Shown: positions 11,301 to 19,400 of the stretch, in pieces
Position numbering within the stretch: the first letter of the stretch is position 1
How the letters are laid out: every line of letters begins with the position of its first letter
Assembly: GCA_964392975.1 (NCBI GenBank)
Contig: CAYMRU010000002.1
Span: 1 to 60,164 of the forward strand
DNA: 60,164 nt
Reading direction: 5' to 3'
Source of the DNA: an uncultured Candidatus Poseidoniales archaeon
Lineage (GTDB): Archaea; Thermoplasmatota; Poseidoniia; Poseidoniales; Thalassarchaeaceae
Made by a program: the position numbers and the translations under genes
Notes under the pieces: generated by a model
The model's input: only the letters and a program-made list of their open reading frames with translations
The model's database searches: none
What the model was told of the DNA's origin: nothing

Positions 11301-14300
11301 GAGTTCCCCTCGCCCGTTCCAGATATGTCAGACCTTACCTTCACACTGGTCGAGAATGGTAATGAAGTGAGGAATCTGGACCTCTCCATGCGACTTAAGA
11401 ACGGTACAGGAGGGCCCACAATCGTAGAATTCGATAATGAATCTGGCCACTATCTGGCTGAGCTTGCTCATGGAATTTGGATCCTGAATTACACCCTTTC
11501 CGACGAAATGCAGCTCTGGGAGCAGATTGAGATCGGCGGGGAAGACATCAGTGCTGAGTACGAGTTTGAAGTCAGTATTCGAATAAGCGGTACAGCATAC
11601 TATGAGGAGAATCTAGAGGCCCAAGAGGGACCAGATGAGGAGAAGGTGCTCGACCATGTCCCAGTCGAATTCCACTGGGATGGATTCAGTACGGCGGCAG
11701 AAACGGATGGAAGCGGGAGATTCTCCGTAGTCCTGCCAGAAGACTCCGTAGTCGATGCCACAGTTCAGCTTGCTGGAGCGATGTTGAATCTGGTTAACGG
11801 CACTAGGTTCACAGTAACTTCGGACGGACCCAGCATAGATGGAGAGGTGAAAGACAACCTGACTCTATTGGCTACTCCGGGATACTCCGTTGCAGGAGTC
11901 GTTAGCATTAATCGAGCCGATAATCCTCTGCAATCGACCTATGGAGGATGGCAGCCAATAGTGGTTGTCGCTGACAACTCTGATACCGAAGTCCGCTGGC
12001 ATGCGGATGTAATGGAGGACGGGCATTTCCAAATGGCCTTGCCAGGAGGCAATTGGTCATTCGACCTTAATGCCGACTGGATTGATTCCACTAGCGCTGA
12101 ACTGCATGTGGATGGCAAGAATGACTCAGTCGAAGTTATCGCCAGACCAATCAACAGCACCGTGTCAGTGACTCTATTTATGGATCACAGCGCCGACAAC
12201 AACGCAACAAATGGAACCGCGGTAACATACCCATTCAACATACTTGATGCATTCAACAACTCCAGAGTGGTCTACAAGGTGAGTGAAGATGGAATTGAGT
12301 GGACCGAAGATGGTCTCGCCGAAATCTCTCTCGAGCCAGGATTCTACCGTATCGACGTCTCTACATCAGACCCCGAGGAGGATTTATTCGGCACTAGGAT
12401 TATGACAGGAAAGACGCGCTTCGATGTAGGCCTACTTGGAGGAGACATAGAGAGATCCCTAGGCTTTGACCCAGAATGGAGAGTCAATATCACCTTCACC
12501 AATGAGAGCGGAGGAATCCTATCTGGGCAGCAAGTTAAGTTGATGAACAAGGAAACAGGTTGGGTGATATCTCATGATACCGATGATAATGGGGCTCTGA
12601 ATGCACACCTTCCGGAGGGAGAATGGATAGTTTCAATCCCTCCGTTTGAAACCTCACAAGGTGTCTGGGAGATTCTGAGAAATCTCATCATCTCTTCTTC
12701 AGACACTGCAGCGAATGACGTCTCACTGTCTACCTCCCAAGTCGCCGAATTTGAACTGTCTCTGTCCGAGGACTACTCCGGCGAATCGCTTGATGGAGTC
12801 TCAGTATCCCTTGAATCGCTAGAAGGCTTGGGCACAATACAAATTAATCCCACAGATGCATCTGGTTCGGTTACTGAAACCATTGCTCCAGGGAATTGGC
12901 AGGTTTCACTCAATATTACTGAGAGCGGCCAGAGGTGGATTATTGAATCCGAGAACTCCACGCTCGCAGCCTCACCAGGAGATAACCCGCGAATGAATCT
13001 TACAGCTAGTAAATATGTGGAATTGAGCGGCAATGTTTTCTGGGACTTCGATGACGATAACTCCTCGGATGTCGGCGAAGGTCTTGAGAATTCATCAGTA
13101 CGGATTGTAGGCCTAAATCACAACTACACGGCCACCACAGACAGTAGTGGCAAATGGTCGCTTTTCGTTCCCGCAGGGACATCATGGGAGATTGAGATTA
13201 CTGCAGATGGCTTCTCTTTCCAGAATGCATCTATCTCAGTCTCAGATGCCCCCGAATCGGTTGATCTCGAAATGTTTGCCCAACCGGTCCTTGTGCAGGG
13301 CACAATATCATACATCGATTCCGAGCAGTTATCATCCATTTCCGAAGGAGTCAATCTCGAATTGATTCCCGTCGAGGGACTGGTTCGAGGGACGATTATT
13401 CCAGAGAAGGAGGTCTCTGATGGCTCCTGGACTGGCAACTGGTCGGCTGAGGTCGAGCCTGGGGATTGGATTCTCAGAGCCACCTACGAGGAAGATAACC
13501 TGATTGCGATGGGACTTGTAGAGGCAGAGGTAGCCGTCGGCTATACTCTCGACCTTGAGATGACCGAGGGTGGTTGGTTCCGATTGGATACTGAATGGTT
13601 GGACTATGATGGCGCCTCTCGAACTCTAGCAGATACGAATCTCGCCGAAGCTGATATCCTAGACGAACCGAATCTAATCATAAACATCGGCTCTGGCATG
13701 GAATGGGTGCAACCCGTGAGTGAAGACGGTTCCATCGAGATGCTGATGATTCCGGGAACCATAGATACATCCAGCGAGTTTGAGGTCTCACAGAGAAATC
13801 TCACAATGTCCTACACGGGTGGACAGGGGGTCACGATTAGACCCGGCCAGGAAGCACCACCGGCCACCCTGTCTCACGTCCGAATAGCGAACCACGAAGT
13901 CTCGATTTACATCACCAACAGTTCGGGAGGAGATCCCGATTATGATGGAGAAGGAGATGATGCCAGAGCCCTAGCGAACTCTGAAGGGGGATTCGACCCA
14001 ATTGAGTTCATACTAACCGTGGATTACCTTGGTCACGAGCCGTTTGATTCATTCAATAGCTTTGGAGAAGTTTCAGGTACAGATTCGAACCTCTGGAAAG
14101 TTGAGATGCACAATGGTTCCGGAGAATGGAACAACAGCGCACAATTTGATTTGGGCCTTGACCACGTGCTAAATTTCACAGACTTACATGTTCGCGTGAC
14201 TCCGGCCAACCAATCTTCTGCTCATTCATTTACCAACGGCCACACAATTCGACTATTTTTAGCATCAACCGAAGACGGCTACATGAAAGACCATGTAGTG

Positions 14301-15113
14301 ACCGTAAAAATCCCTCAGATTCATGGTTTCAAACTCACAGAACCTATGGTGGATGTTTATGGAATCCAGCCTGGAGAGTCTATTTCTACTGGAATACAAA
14401 TTACAAATTCCGGAAATGGAGACGAGCGTTACGAGTTTGAGTTCGATGACTCGGAACTCCCAGAATATTGGGTTCGCACCGGGGCGACTTCACACACCTT
14501 GGGAGCATACGCTTCAACAACTCACAGTGTGTCAGTCACGGCTCCTGCAAACGCTTCTGACGAGGAATTCACAATCTATGTCTTGGTCAGAGATAAGGCG
14601 AATAACACATACCCCGAGATTGAAATTAACATACAGACTTCTATGCCTTCACTCCGAATAGACTCACATCAGAACTACAATGGTGGCGAGGACGCCGAGG
14701 CGGGCCAGACTGCACGGTACAACGTCGTGGTCGTGAACACCGGACTAATCGATGCTCAGCAAGTTCAGTTGAACGGTACCCTGTGCGACTCATACAGTGG
14801 TTGCCCTAGCACTTCCAGTACAGGAGTCACAGGAACCGACACACGTGACATACCCGCCAATTCTGAAGTCGTGTTTAATATCTACTTCAATCTCTCAGAT
14901 ATTAGTCCAGATACCTATTACTTCCACTTTGAGATAAACAACACAGGATTCGATTCTGTCGAGGACTACTCGATTAAAGACATCAAAGTACGCTCACCAC
15001 CCGTCGAAGGCAACTCAGAATGGATAGGATGGCTGTTGGCAGGGATGCTGATTCTAGCCTTACTCATACTGACTAGGAGAGGGGGCAGACGTAGGGGAAC
15101 GGCTCCGTTCTGA
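5382..15113 (+). CDS. aglB: giant AglB/STT3-family oligosaccharyltransferase fusion (extra N-terminal polytopic segment + AglB core + about 1750-aa extracellular beta-domain extension + C-terminal TM anchor)
   Basis: Single uninterrupted 3243-codon ORF.
- AglB core (about aa 353-1480) resembles archaeal AglB: TM1 YSIMVALAIFVAFAV, a first-loop acidic motif GGSDPWY (D396), a second acidic motif GLADHDSF, a multi-TM core, catalytic WWDYG at aa 946-950 (nt 8217-8231), and an AglB-like distal segment QVKIMKYYSGATLEG.
- N-terminal segment: about 350 aa upstream carries roughly 9 additional hydrophobic helices.
- C-terminal extension: repeated CarboxypepD_reg/Ig/CARDB-like signatures (NGRFSFTVPAGKIRVSAF, DGSGRFSVVLPEDS, SSGKWSLFVPAGTSWEIEI, ITNSGNGDERYEF, VVVVNTGLIDAQ).
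- C-terminal anchor: WIGWLLAGMLILALLIL followed by RRGGRRRG. Confidence 0.9.
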   Translation: MMNEYDTGAESGLSQTGVASVPAVLVALLALFFGTDYVANGAMENDGYTQVLILPVVASLAAGLGRIGAFASFGQFSKHRSTVVILGFFCSAVVISLAYNLFESVGRLGAFTFAFVGIVTYTLTRSDRREESSIFLSVVVGFHLAVSHAANSVLNSSEWAGSAPDLIDAERAAIASVFFAFWATSIVAGMIITALMRSSLDSPGSGTLGTHLSASNRVLMVTLLAILLVQTIPLVWLGQLSGVQEFADHKYLGSIWAFFTTAVVLFAAFCHCERWHMIGALVSVNWLLYTAGHLQEIGNEFPSFLSGEDTMSTFSWFFIGFWLNVATIMVASRGYFGDVSPRHEPSQTRIWWQNNSYSIMVALAIFVAFAVRTGWNVLPAMNASATGLWDMTGGSDPWYMKRVVDYIVAERSHYIFDHDRAYPMGAINPRPPLFSWSLALGGLGLSWLLEMPADQATWWSVAAMPAVFGSLIVLPLAAIAKNIHSKGAGILTAWLIALMPGHISHATFGLADHDSFALLFLSMAFYYWVRAIENLGTERMFQNPSSSPLYLLAGIRETWHRNPLAMSYATMSGISFSTVALGWKGFVYGPGILFLAFSGQIVLNMFRRRDSLPLTAAALQMLLTCFLIPLPFYMWPGLNLVFDPSGFQPMFYIIGFTLVLGWVASSFRDKPWLLVLGTGGLMIGGILAILYVLQELEIYSGWDILFTGGFYFSKNKIFGTIGEAQAPSRGVLFASYGPVVALIAVGCAFVLMWRGARRERQSHLLLGLWVIIATYMAWSAGRFIFNATPAMAVVGGIGLAMLWQGADFTSFVKEWRRSGIGTPRTRFRSVWPATKRNPAIPTILVILMMVASQHATYGIDSGIPRGEASASDVDQTIHDIAPDFLRAELLGLSVLKSEGYNPDSQMWYMGTFGPGFNSGSWNLAYEWLSEQDSDVSFSERPAFVSWWDYGFQALAQGQHPTVADNFQSGIPHSGGMLLSNSQEDTLSLFITTLAQGDRRYNDGEGFTDDFRTALSQHMSEEQLVEYDSILSIGVNDEDFVINRAMAIVATDEHTELLRGYAIDEDGIPLSNEMWKVLIGGNQMGNSTDNETEALELYNATRLNNAQFKMDTTHYLIGGYRYTSDLIEDFNDVSTGLHRTNAKLALSRAFLSTAFDMDELSDIYHDITGLEYEVQDYQGTLGETVIRNNDIRYFAIDNRLYPLGGAYYGDYQYHRGQTTGIFHAPTGLSGLDLDDYITSVYETQRGDGPIIPRTAAEYEEEYLNDIIRQSSGASSDSNEIIRMVDIDYQQQAAFFETMVARFYVGYSTSMLGLPGDAEQPAPHFYMSGAPGSYLENAYPLPGAMMNHFALANWYDDERCELLEDGSKVDEDCNDPTIGSANTQVKIMKYYSGATLEGTVELEGSGPIPNARILIERDAFSGEEEADANGYVVDADDRTYWIPIGYADADENGRFSFTVPAGKIRVSAFIGETNLDAARSSMMAGDVGQLLGDIFQETSNDRIVNPITGILANVSGATWLSETIVNVSGEAGHSNGEQMVFGNISVEPSHATGLLVWSGAEFFDQEPLTDVTVEIRPSSERVQMAPYTTTTSSGIVEGRDLTFGGIGEVTFTGDGSLVSQGVVTITDFTGNHTQTISHNHSLTGDGLFLGSGTLSGTLHDDVELEECVTSIISIEIQDGGSGYSTSTNISIEGGSGSGATARAFLMEESISVIQITNGGTGYHVDDIDNITISIEDSSGTGALAVVTEIGNSVPKNSSVCMLSGGDYLLSGSLNATGRFTSDGSSSFIRSLSHATLVGSGTFEVDTSEELESYGTINGTFSKVEGEGIFSGPMVQSGTFHFIDIVPGKYDITVIFDDETRVDLEESFIIPLIGNPEVTTVRISGGSISGYLLNSTGSPINESIALLKEGATTADASEICGESDSTSCLLIPDADGFFEFGPIIPGNYTAQTDIDGDGFPELSEDYVFEPESDLSVEFPSPVPDMSDLTFTLVENGNEVRNLDLSMRLKNGTGGPTIVEFDNESGHYLAELAHGIWILNYTLSDEMQLWEQIEIGGEDISAEYEFEVSIRISGTAYYEENLEAQEGPDEEKVLDHVPVEFHWDGFSTAAETDGSGRFSVVLPEDSVVDATVQLAGAMLNLVNGTRFTVTSDGPSIDGEVKDNLTLLATPGYSVAGVVSINRADNPLQSTYGGWQPIVVVADNSDTEVRWHADVMEDGHFQMALPGGNWSFDLNADWIDSTSAELHVDGKNDSVEVIARPINSTVSVTLFMDHSADNNATNGTAVTYPFNILDAFNNSRVVYKVSEDGIEWTEDGLAEISLEPGFYRIDVSTSDPEEDLFGTRIMTGKTRFDVGLLGGDIERSLGFDPEWRVNITFTNESGGILSGQQVKLMNKETGWVISHDTDDNGALNAHLPEGEWIVSIPPFETSQGVWEILRNLIISSSDTAANDVSLSTSQVAEFELSLSEDYSGESLDGVSVSLESLEGLGTIQINPTDASGSVTETIAPGNWQVSLNITESGQRWIIESENSTLAASPGDNPRMNLTASKYVELSGNVFWDFDDDNSSDVGEGLENSSVRIVGLNHNYTATTDSSGKWSLFVPAGTSWEIEITADGFSFQNASISVSDAPESVDLEMFAQPVLVQGTISYIDSEQLSSISEGVNLELIPVEGLVRGTIIPEKEVSDGSWTGNWSAEVEPGDWILRATYEEDNLIAMGLVEAEVAVGYTLDLEMTEGGWFRLDTEWLDYDGASRTLADTNLAEADILDEPNLIINIGSGMEWVQPVSEDGSIEMLMIPGTIDTSSEFEVSQRNLTMSYTGGQGVTIRPGQEAPPATLSHVRIANHEVSIYITNSSGGDPDYDGEGDDARALANSEGGFDPIEFILTVDYLGHEPFDSFNSFGEVSGTDSNLWKVEMHNGSGEWNNSAQFDLGLDHVLNFTDLHVRVTPANQSSAHSFTNGHTIRLFLASTEDGYMKDHVVTVKIPQIHGFKLTEPMVDVYGIQPGESISTGIQITNSGNGDERYEFEFDDSELPEYWVRTGATSHTLGAYASTTHSVSVTAPANASDEEFTIYVLVRDKANNTYPEIEINIQTSMPSLRIDSHQNYNGGEDAEAGQTARYNVVVVNTGLIDAQQVQLNGTLCDSYSGCPSTSSTGVTGTDTRDIPANSEVVFNIYFNLSDISPDTYYFHFEINNTGFDSVEDYSIKDIKVRSPPVEGNSEWIGWLLAGMLILALLILTRRGGRRRGTAPF

Positions 15114-15159
15114 ACTCTATTCTATATACGAACAGCAACTGATAGTATTCGGTGGTAGC

Positions 15160-16395
15160 ATGCCTGCCTTGGACAAGTTGGAGTTGATGCCCGAGCCAGA
15201 TGATCCCAGGATGATGACGACTGTCGACCGAGATGCCCCCGGTTATCCAGGAGATGCATACGGGCTGTCCGACGAGGCGGCTAGGCAACTGCGTTGGCCG
15301 GCAGCACCATTGAAGGAGATTCTTTGGCCATGGGGGGCCATCACCTTCGCCTTCGGTGCTGCCTTCATGCTACTTATCTGGCCTTTCATCAATGCATATC
15401 TCGCCCCGGTCCTCCCTGAGACCGAATGGGCCTTCGATTCCACAGGTATTCGCGAGCTCCAGGAGTCTGGACTCGATGGAACTGGTGTCCACGTATGCAT
15501 GGTGGATACGGGCATCGACGCAGAACACCCGGATTTCTCCAATCTCTCTTTGGTGGGATTCAGAGACTTCTACGAGGGCCAGCATGACAATATCAGAGAT
15601 GTCGGTGATGATTGGCATGGGACGATGATGGCAGGACTTCTGGTAGCAGATGGCAAGTTCCGTGGCGCAGCGCCAGGGGTAGATCTCTCAGTCGCCTTGG
15701 CCCTCGGGCCCTCTGGAACTTCAGGCCAAGAGGATATGGTGGCCCAGGCTGTACGATGGTGCAGAATTACTCAAGACGCCGACATCATCTCGCTGAGCTT
15801 AGGAACCAATCCCGGTAGCGGTATGACAGAGCAATCGCAGACCGCGAGAGCCGTGGAAGAGGCACTGGAAGCAGGAATATTCGTAGTCGCGGCAGCAGGG
15901 AACAGAGAGCCGGATGAGATGTTCTCAGACGTTTCAGTACCGGCCAATGTAGGAGGGGTTATCGCGGTCGGTTCGATTACCCGAAGCGGAGGAGTTTGGT
16001 CTCAGTCTGCAACCGGTTCAGATGTTGACCCTTACACTCAGCAGAACCGTACATATCCTGATCAGAAACCAGAGGTGTCTGCACCAGGCGTGCTATTGCT
16101 CTCCACCGCTGGGTCGACGTTGGAGCCGCCCTATGCCTATTCATCAGGTACGAGCGACTCTACAGTACTGGTCACAGGCGCCCTATCTATGATACTGCAA
16201 TTGTATGGAGAGGCCCTAGCAGGAGAGGGCGGGAAAATCGGGCCCGATGGGATGGCCATTGTCAAGAGATCTTTGGCCAGCTCCAGCGACAAATCCTCAA
16301 TCAATGGAGTCTCACACGACTCCAAAGGAGGATATGGGTCATTGGATGCAGTTCAATGGGCCGATGACGTGGCTTTCGAACTCAATGCGGCATAA
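15160..16395 (+). CDS. membrane-anchored subtilisin-like serine protease (peptidase S8)
   Basis: Catalytic triad contexts are VCMVDTGIDAEHPDF (Asp), DDWHGTMMAGLL (His) and SSGTSDSTVLVTGA (Ser), with oxyanion Asn in VVAAAGNRE. A single TM helix (AITFAFGAAFMLLIWPFINAYL) follows about 60 cytoplasmic residues. No obvious I9-type propeptide. Confidence 0.9.
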   Translation: MPALDKLELMPEPDDPRMMTTVDRDAPGYPGDAYGLSDEAARQLRWPAAPLKEILWPWGAITFAFGAAFMLLIWPFINAYLAPVLPETEWAFDSTGIRELQESGLDGTGVHVCMVDTGIDAEHPDFSNLSLVGFRDFYEGQHDNIRDVGDDWHGTMMAGLLVADGKFRGAAPGVDLSVALALGPSGTSGQEDMVAQAVRWCRITQDADIISLSLGTNPGSGMTEQSQTARAVEEALEAGIFVVAAAGNREPDEMFSDVSVPANVGGVIAVGSITRSGGVWSQSATGSDVDPYTQQNRTYPDQKPEVSAPGVLLLSTAGSTLEPPYAYSSGTSDSTVLVTGALSMILQLYGEALAGEGGKIGPDGMAIVKRSLASSSDKSSINGVSHDSKGGYGSLDAVQWADDVAFELNAA

Positions 16396-16426
16396 TCGCA
16401 GTATCAACATGACCGGCCAGTATCAC

Positions 16427-16443
16427 TCGAGCCTTCGGCTCGA
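16427..16443 (+). terminator. perfect 7-bp hairpin with a TTCG loop (tcgagcc-ttcg-ggctcga) 32 nt after the S8 protease stop
   Basis: Read directly from the sequence. It is followed at once by tataac (16444-16449), about 40 nt upstream of ATG 16485. This could be a 3'-end element plus a TATA-like box for the next gene. Confidence 0.3.
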
Positions 16444-16484
16444 TATAACCCTATGATTAAATCCGTCAGCGATTCCCACAACGC

Positions 16485-19400
16485 ATGACTGGAGTGCGAC
16501 GTGCTCGAAGTCACTTCCTAGTATTCTTGATGCTCAGCAGTCTATTCGTGGCCCTGATAGGGCCAGCAGCCCCAGTCTCTGCGGATAACGAGACTACGGC
16601 CGGCACAGTTTCCGGAACAGAGACTTGGTCTGGAGTGCATACTCTGACTGGAGATGTCGTGATATCTTCCGGAGCCAAACTCATCATACAGCCCGGGACC
16701 ACAGTGGTCTTCCCTAATGGGACCCATCTCGATGTCCGCGGCAATCTTTGCGCTGGAGTCTTGGCCTGCGGAGCCAACAGTGATGCTGGGACATCCCAGA
16801 AGATCACTTTCCGGTGGTCGGAGCCCGCAAACAATAGCTCGAGAGGGGAGTGCTACGGCATGAGTTATGGCAACCAACAGATATGGGTTGAAGACGCCTC
16901 TTGCTACGAGGGAGTTCTAATCAGAAACACAATCGACCTGTCTCAGACTGGACTTAGATACATCACTATAGATGGGGCTTGGGGGATTCCTTACTACATC
17001 CCCACCGTCTTTCAGTGGAGGTATGGTGCTCTAGTCATTGATGGAGCCAGCCCGGTGTTGAATGAGATTGAATTCACCAACATCAATACAACTAGCGTGC
17101 TGACGACCAATCTAGCGCAACCTCACTTCATCGGTGGAGAGTATGTCGTAGGCACTGATGATTCTAGTGGTGTTCGAGGCTCTGCTGTACAGATTTACAG
17201 TTCTGGAACCCCTGTCACGCCACTAATCCTCGAGTCGCCCAGCCTTATTGGAACCAACGTCGGATGCAGCCGACAGGCGCCAAGCAGACCAGCGGTTTGG
17301 GCCCAAGACACATTCATTGAAATCACCGATGCTGAAGTGGAAACAGGAGATTACGGCATCAGCCTGCGTAATTCAGCCGGTACAGTCAGTAACTCTGAAT
17401 TCGATGTTAATTGCAATGGAATAGACATCAACAGCCGGAAGGCGGTCGGCAACACGGATTACGAGGTCAATATCATCAACAATGAGATAACAACTGGAGA
17501 CGGTGCGCCTATCACAGTATTCCAAGGAGGACTAGCTAATATCATTGCTAATGAGATGGAGGGTGCAGGCGAATCATCCGGCATTGCCATCGAATCCAGT
17601 GAGGTCACTATTCTGAACAATGACATAGGTCCGATTGGAGGTTGGAATGGCCTTTGGATGCTTGGCTCGTTTGATGTAATCGCTGAGAACAACACTATCC
17701 ACGATGTGGCTAGGGAACCTATACGGGCAGGGGAATACGGTAGCAGCGCACCCGCACCTTCGGCATCGAGAATACTCCTTGCAAACAACACCATTTCTAC
17801 CGATGGAACCGGAACATGCAGCCAAACTAGATATGACGACTGGGACGGTGATTTCACCTGCCCCGTCGTCCACGCTTACAGGTCCGGAGTATCGATGTAC
17901 GACAATACCATCAACGCTGCAGGCGATGCAGATGGAATCAGAGCCGTGGGTGCTCTTCTGAATATTCAGAGGAACACCTTCAACGTCGCCGGGACTGGCG
18001 CGATAATGAAACACTACAACGATGGCTATGCCGGCTCTCAGCAGTACGGGACCATGGCATTCTTCTCACACAACACATGGAACGGCGTCGGGATGACCTA
18101 CAATGTCACCAAGAGCTCTGTTACGGTACAGTCCGAGTACATCCCCTCGCCTCCGCCCGATGTGTATCCGGTGCAACTGGTCTGGTCTGACCAAGAGGCA
18201 TGGCCAGCAAATCAGTTCCAGACCTCTATCGTACCTACATTCGTCAAGGAATGCCACAACTGTGCCGATTTTACTCCAATTGGATTCCCACTCTCGGTTG
18301 GTGACGGGATGGGTGTATCTTCGGCCATGGACAACAACTCGACTACGTTCACATTCGCCAATCTCTCCAATCTCGATCGCACAAAAATCCACATCGAAAC
18401 ACAACCTACTCCATATGCTGTCCAGGTTCGAAGGGCTGAGATGGTTCGCTTCCAGACATTGGTCAATGGGGAACGGGTAGAGGACGCCAACGTGCTCATC
18501 GAGGATGCTCTTGGCAACGATCTGTACTCCTTGTATACTGAGGATGATGGCTACACTCCATGGTTCGCTCTGCCCTCGGACTTCCACTTGGACATCAGAG
18601 GACTGGGAGGAGGAGACAACCCGGACGGATTCGCTGATGATCAGTACGAGGACTCATGCAGCGATGGCATCGATAATGATGGCGATCTTACAATCGATAA
18701 CGACGATGCTGACTGCGACTATCTTGCTGGGACTAGGGAACTCTCACGCTACTATTACACCGCATACAGATTCGGATCCGGATTTAACAGAGGAAACTTC
18801 ACCCTTACTGATGCCACTATGCAGGATACAATCAATCTAGTCAATCGAGCCCCAACGGTATATGTCACCCAATCGGATGGCCATTCCTTCCGAAAGGCTG
18901 TCAATCTGACAGGAAGTGCGCATGATGGCAATTTAGTAGGTGTATACGCCACAGATGAACTGGCTCAGTGGGACCAAGGGGGGTATGTTCACGAGGTCCA
19001 GATTAAAGATCCATTCACAAGCCAATGGTCAAGTGCAGGTCTGGCTGTGGACACCAGCGGCATGAGTGAGGGACTGGTCACAAAGACCAATCGTCCTTTC
19101 AGTTCGTGGTACTATGAAATGGATATGAGTAACAGGGAGGAAGGAGATTATGTCTTCGAGATCCGAGCTTTCGACGGGATAGAGTACAGTCCGATTGTTT
19201 ATCGTACGGTTAAGCTGAATGTGCAAGCCCCAACAGTATCGGTTTCTTCCCCGAGCCCATTCTCTACCCATTCAGAAGGCAGCGTCACCTTTGAAGGCAC
19301 AGCTTTCGATCACTACGGATGCCCCGTGGACTGTAGTAAGGATCTCAAAGAGATGTACTTCCACATCCAAGGCCCGAATTTCGACGTAACTACGCCAGCC

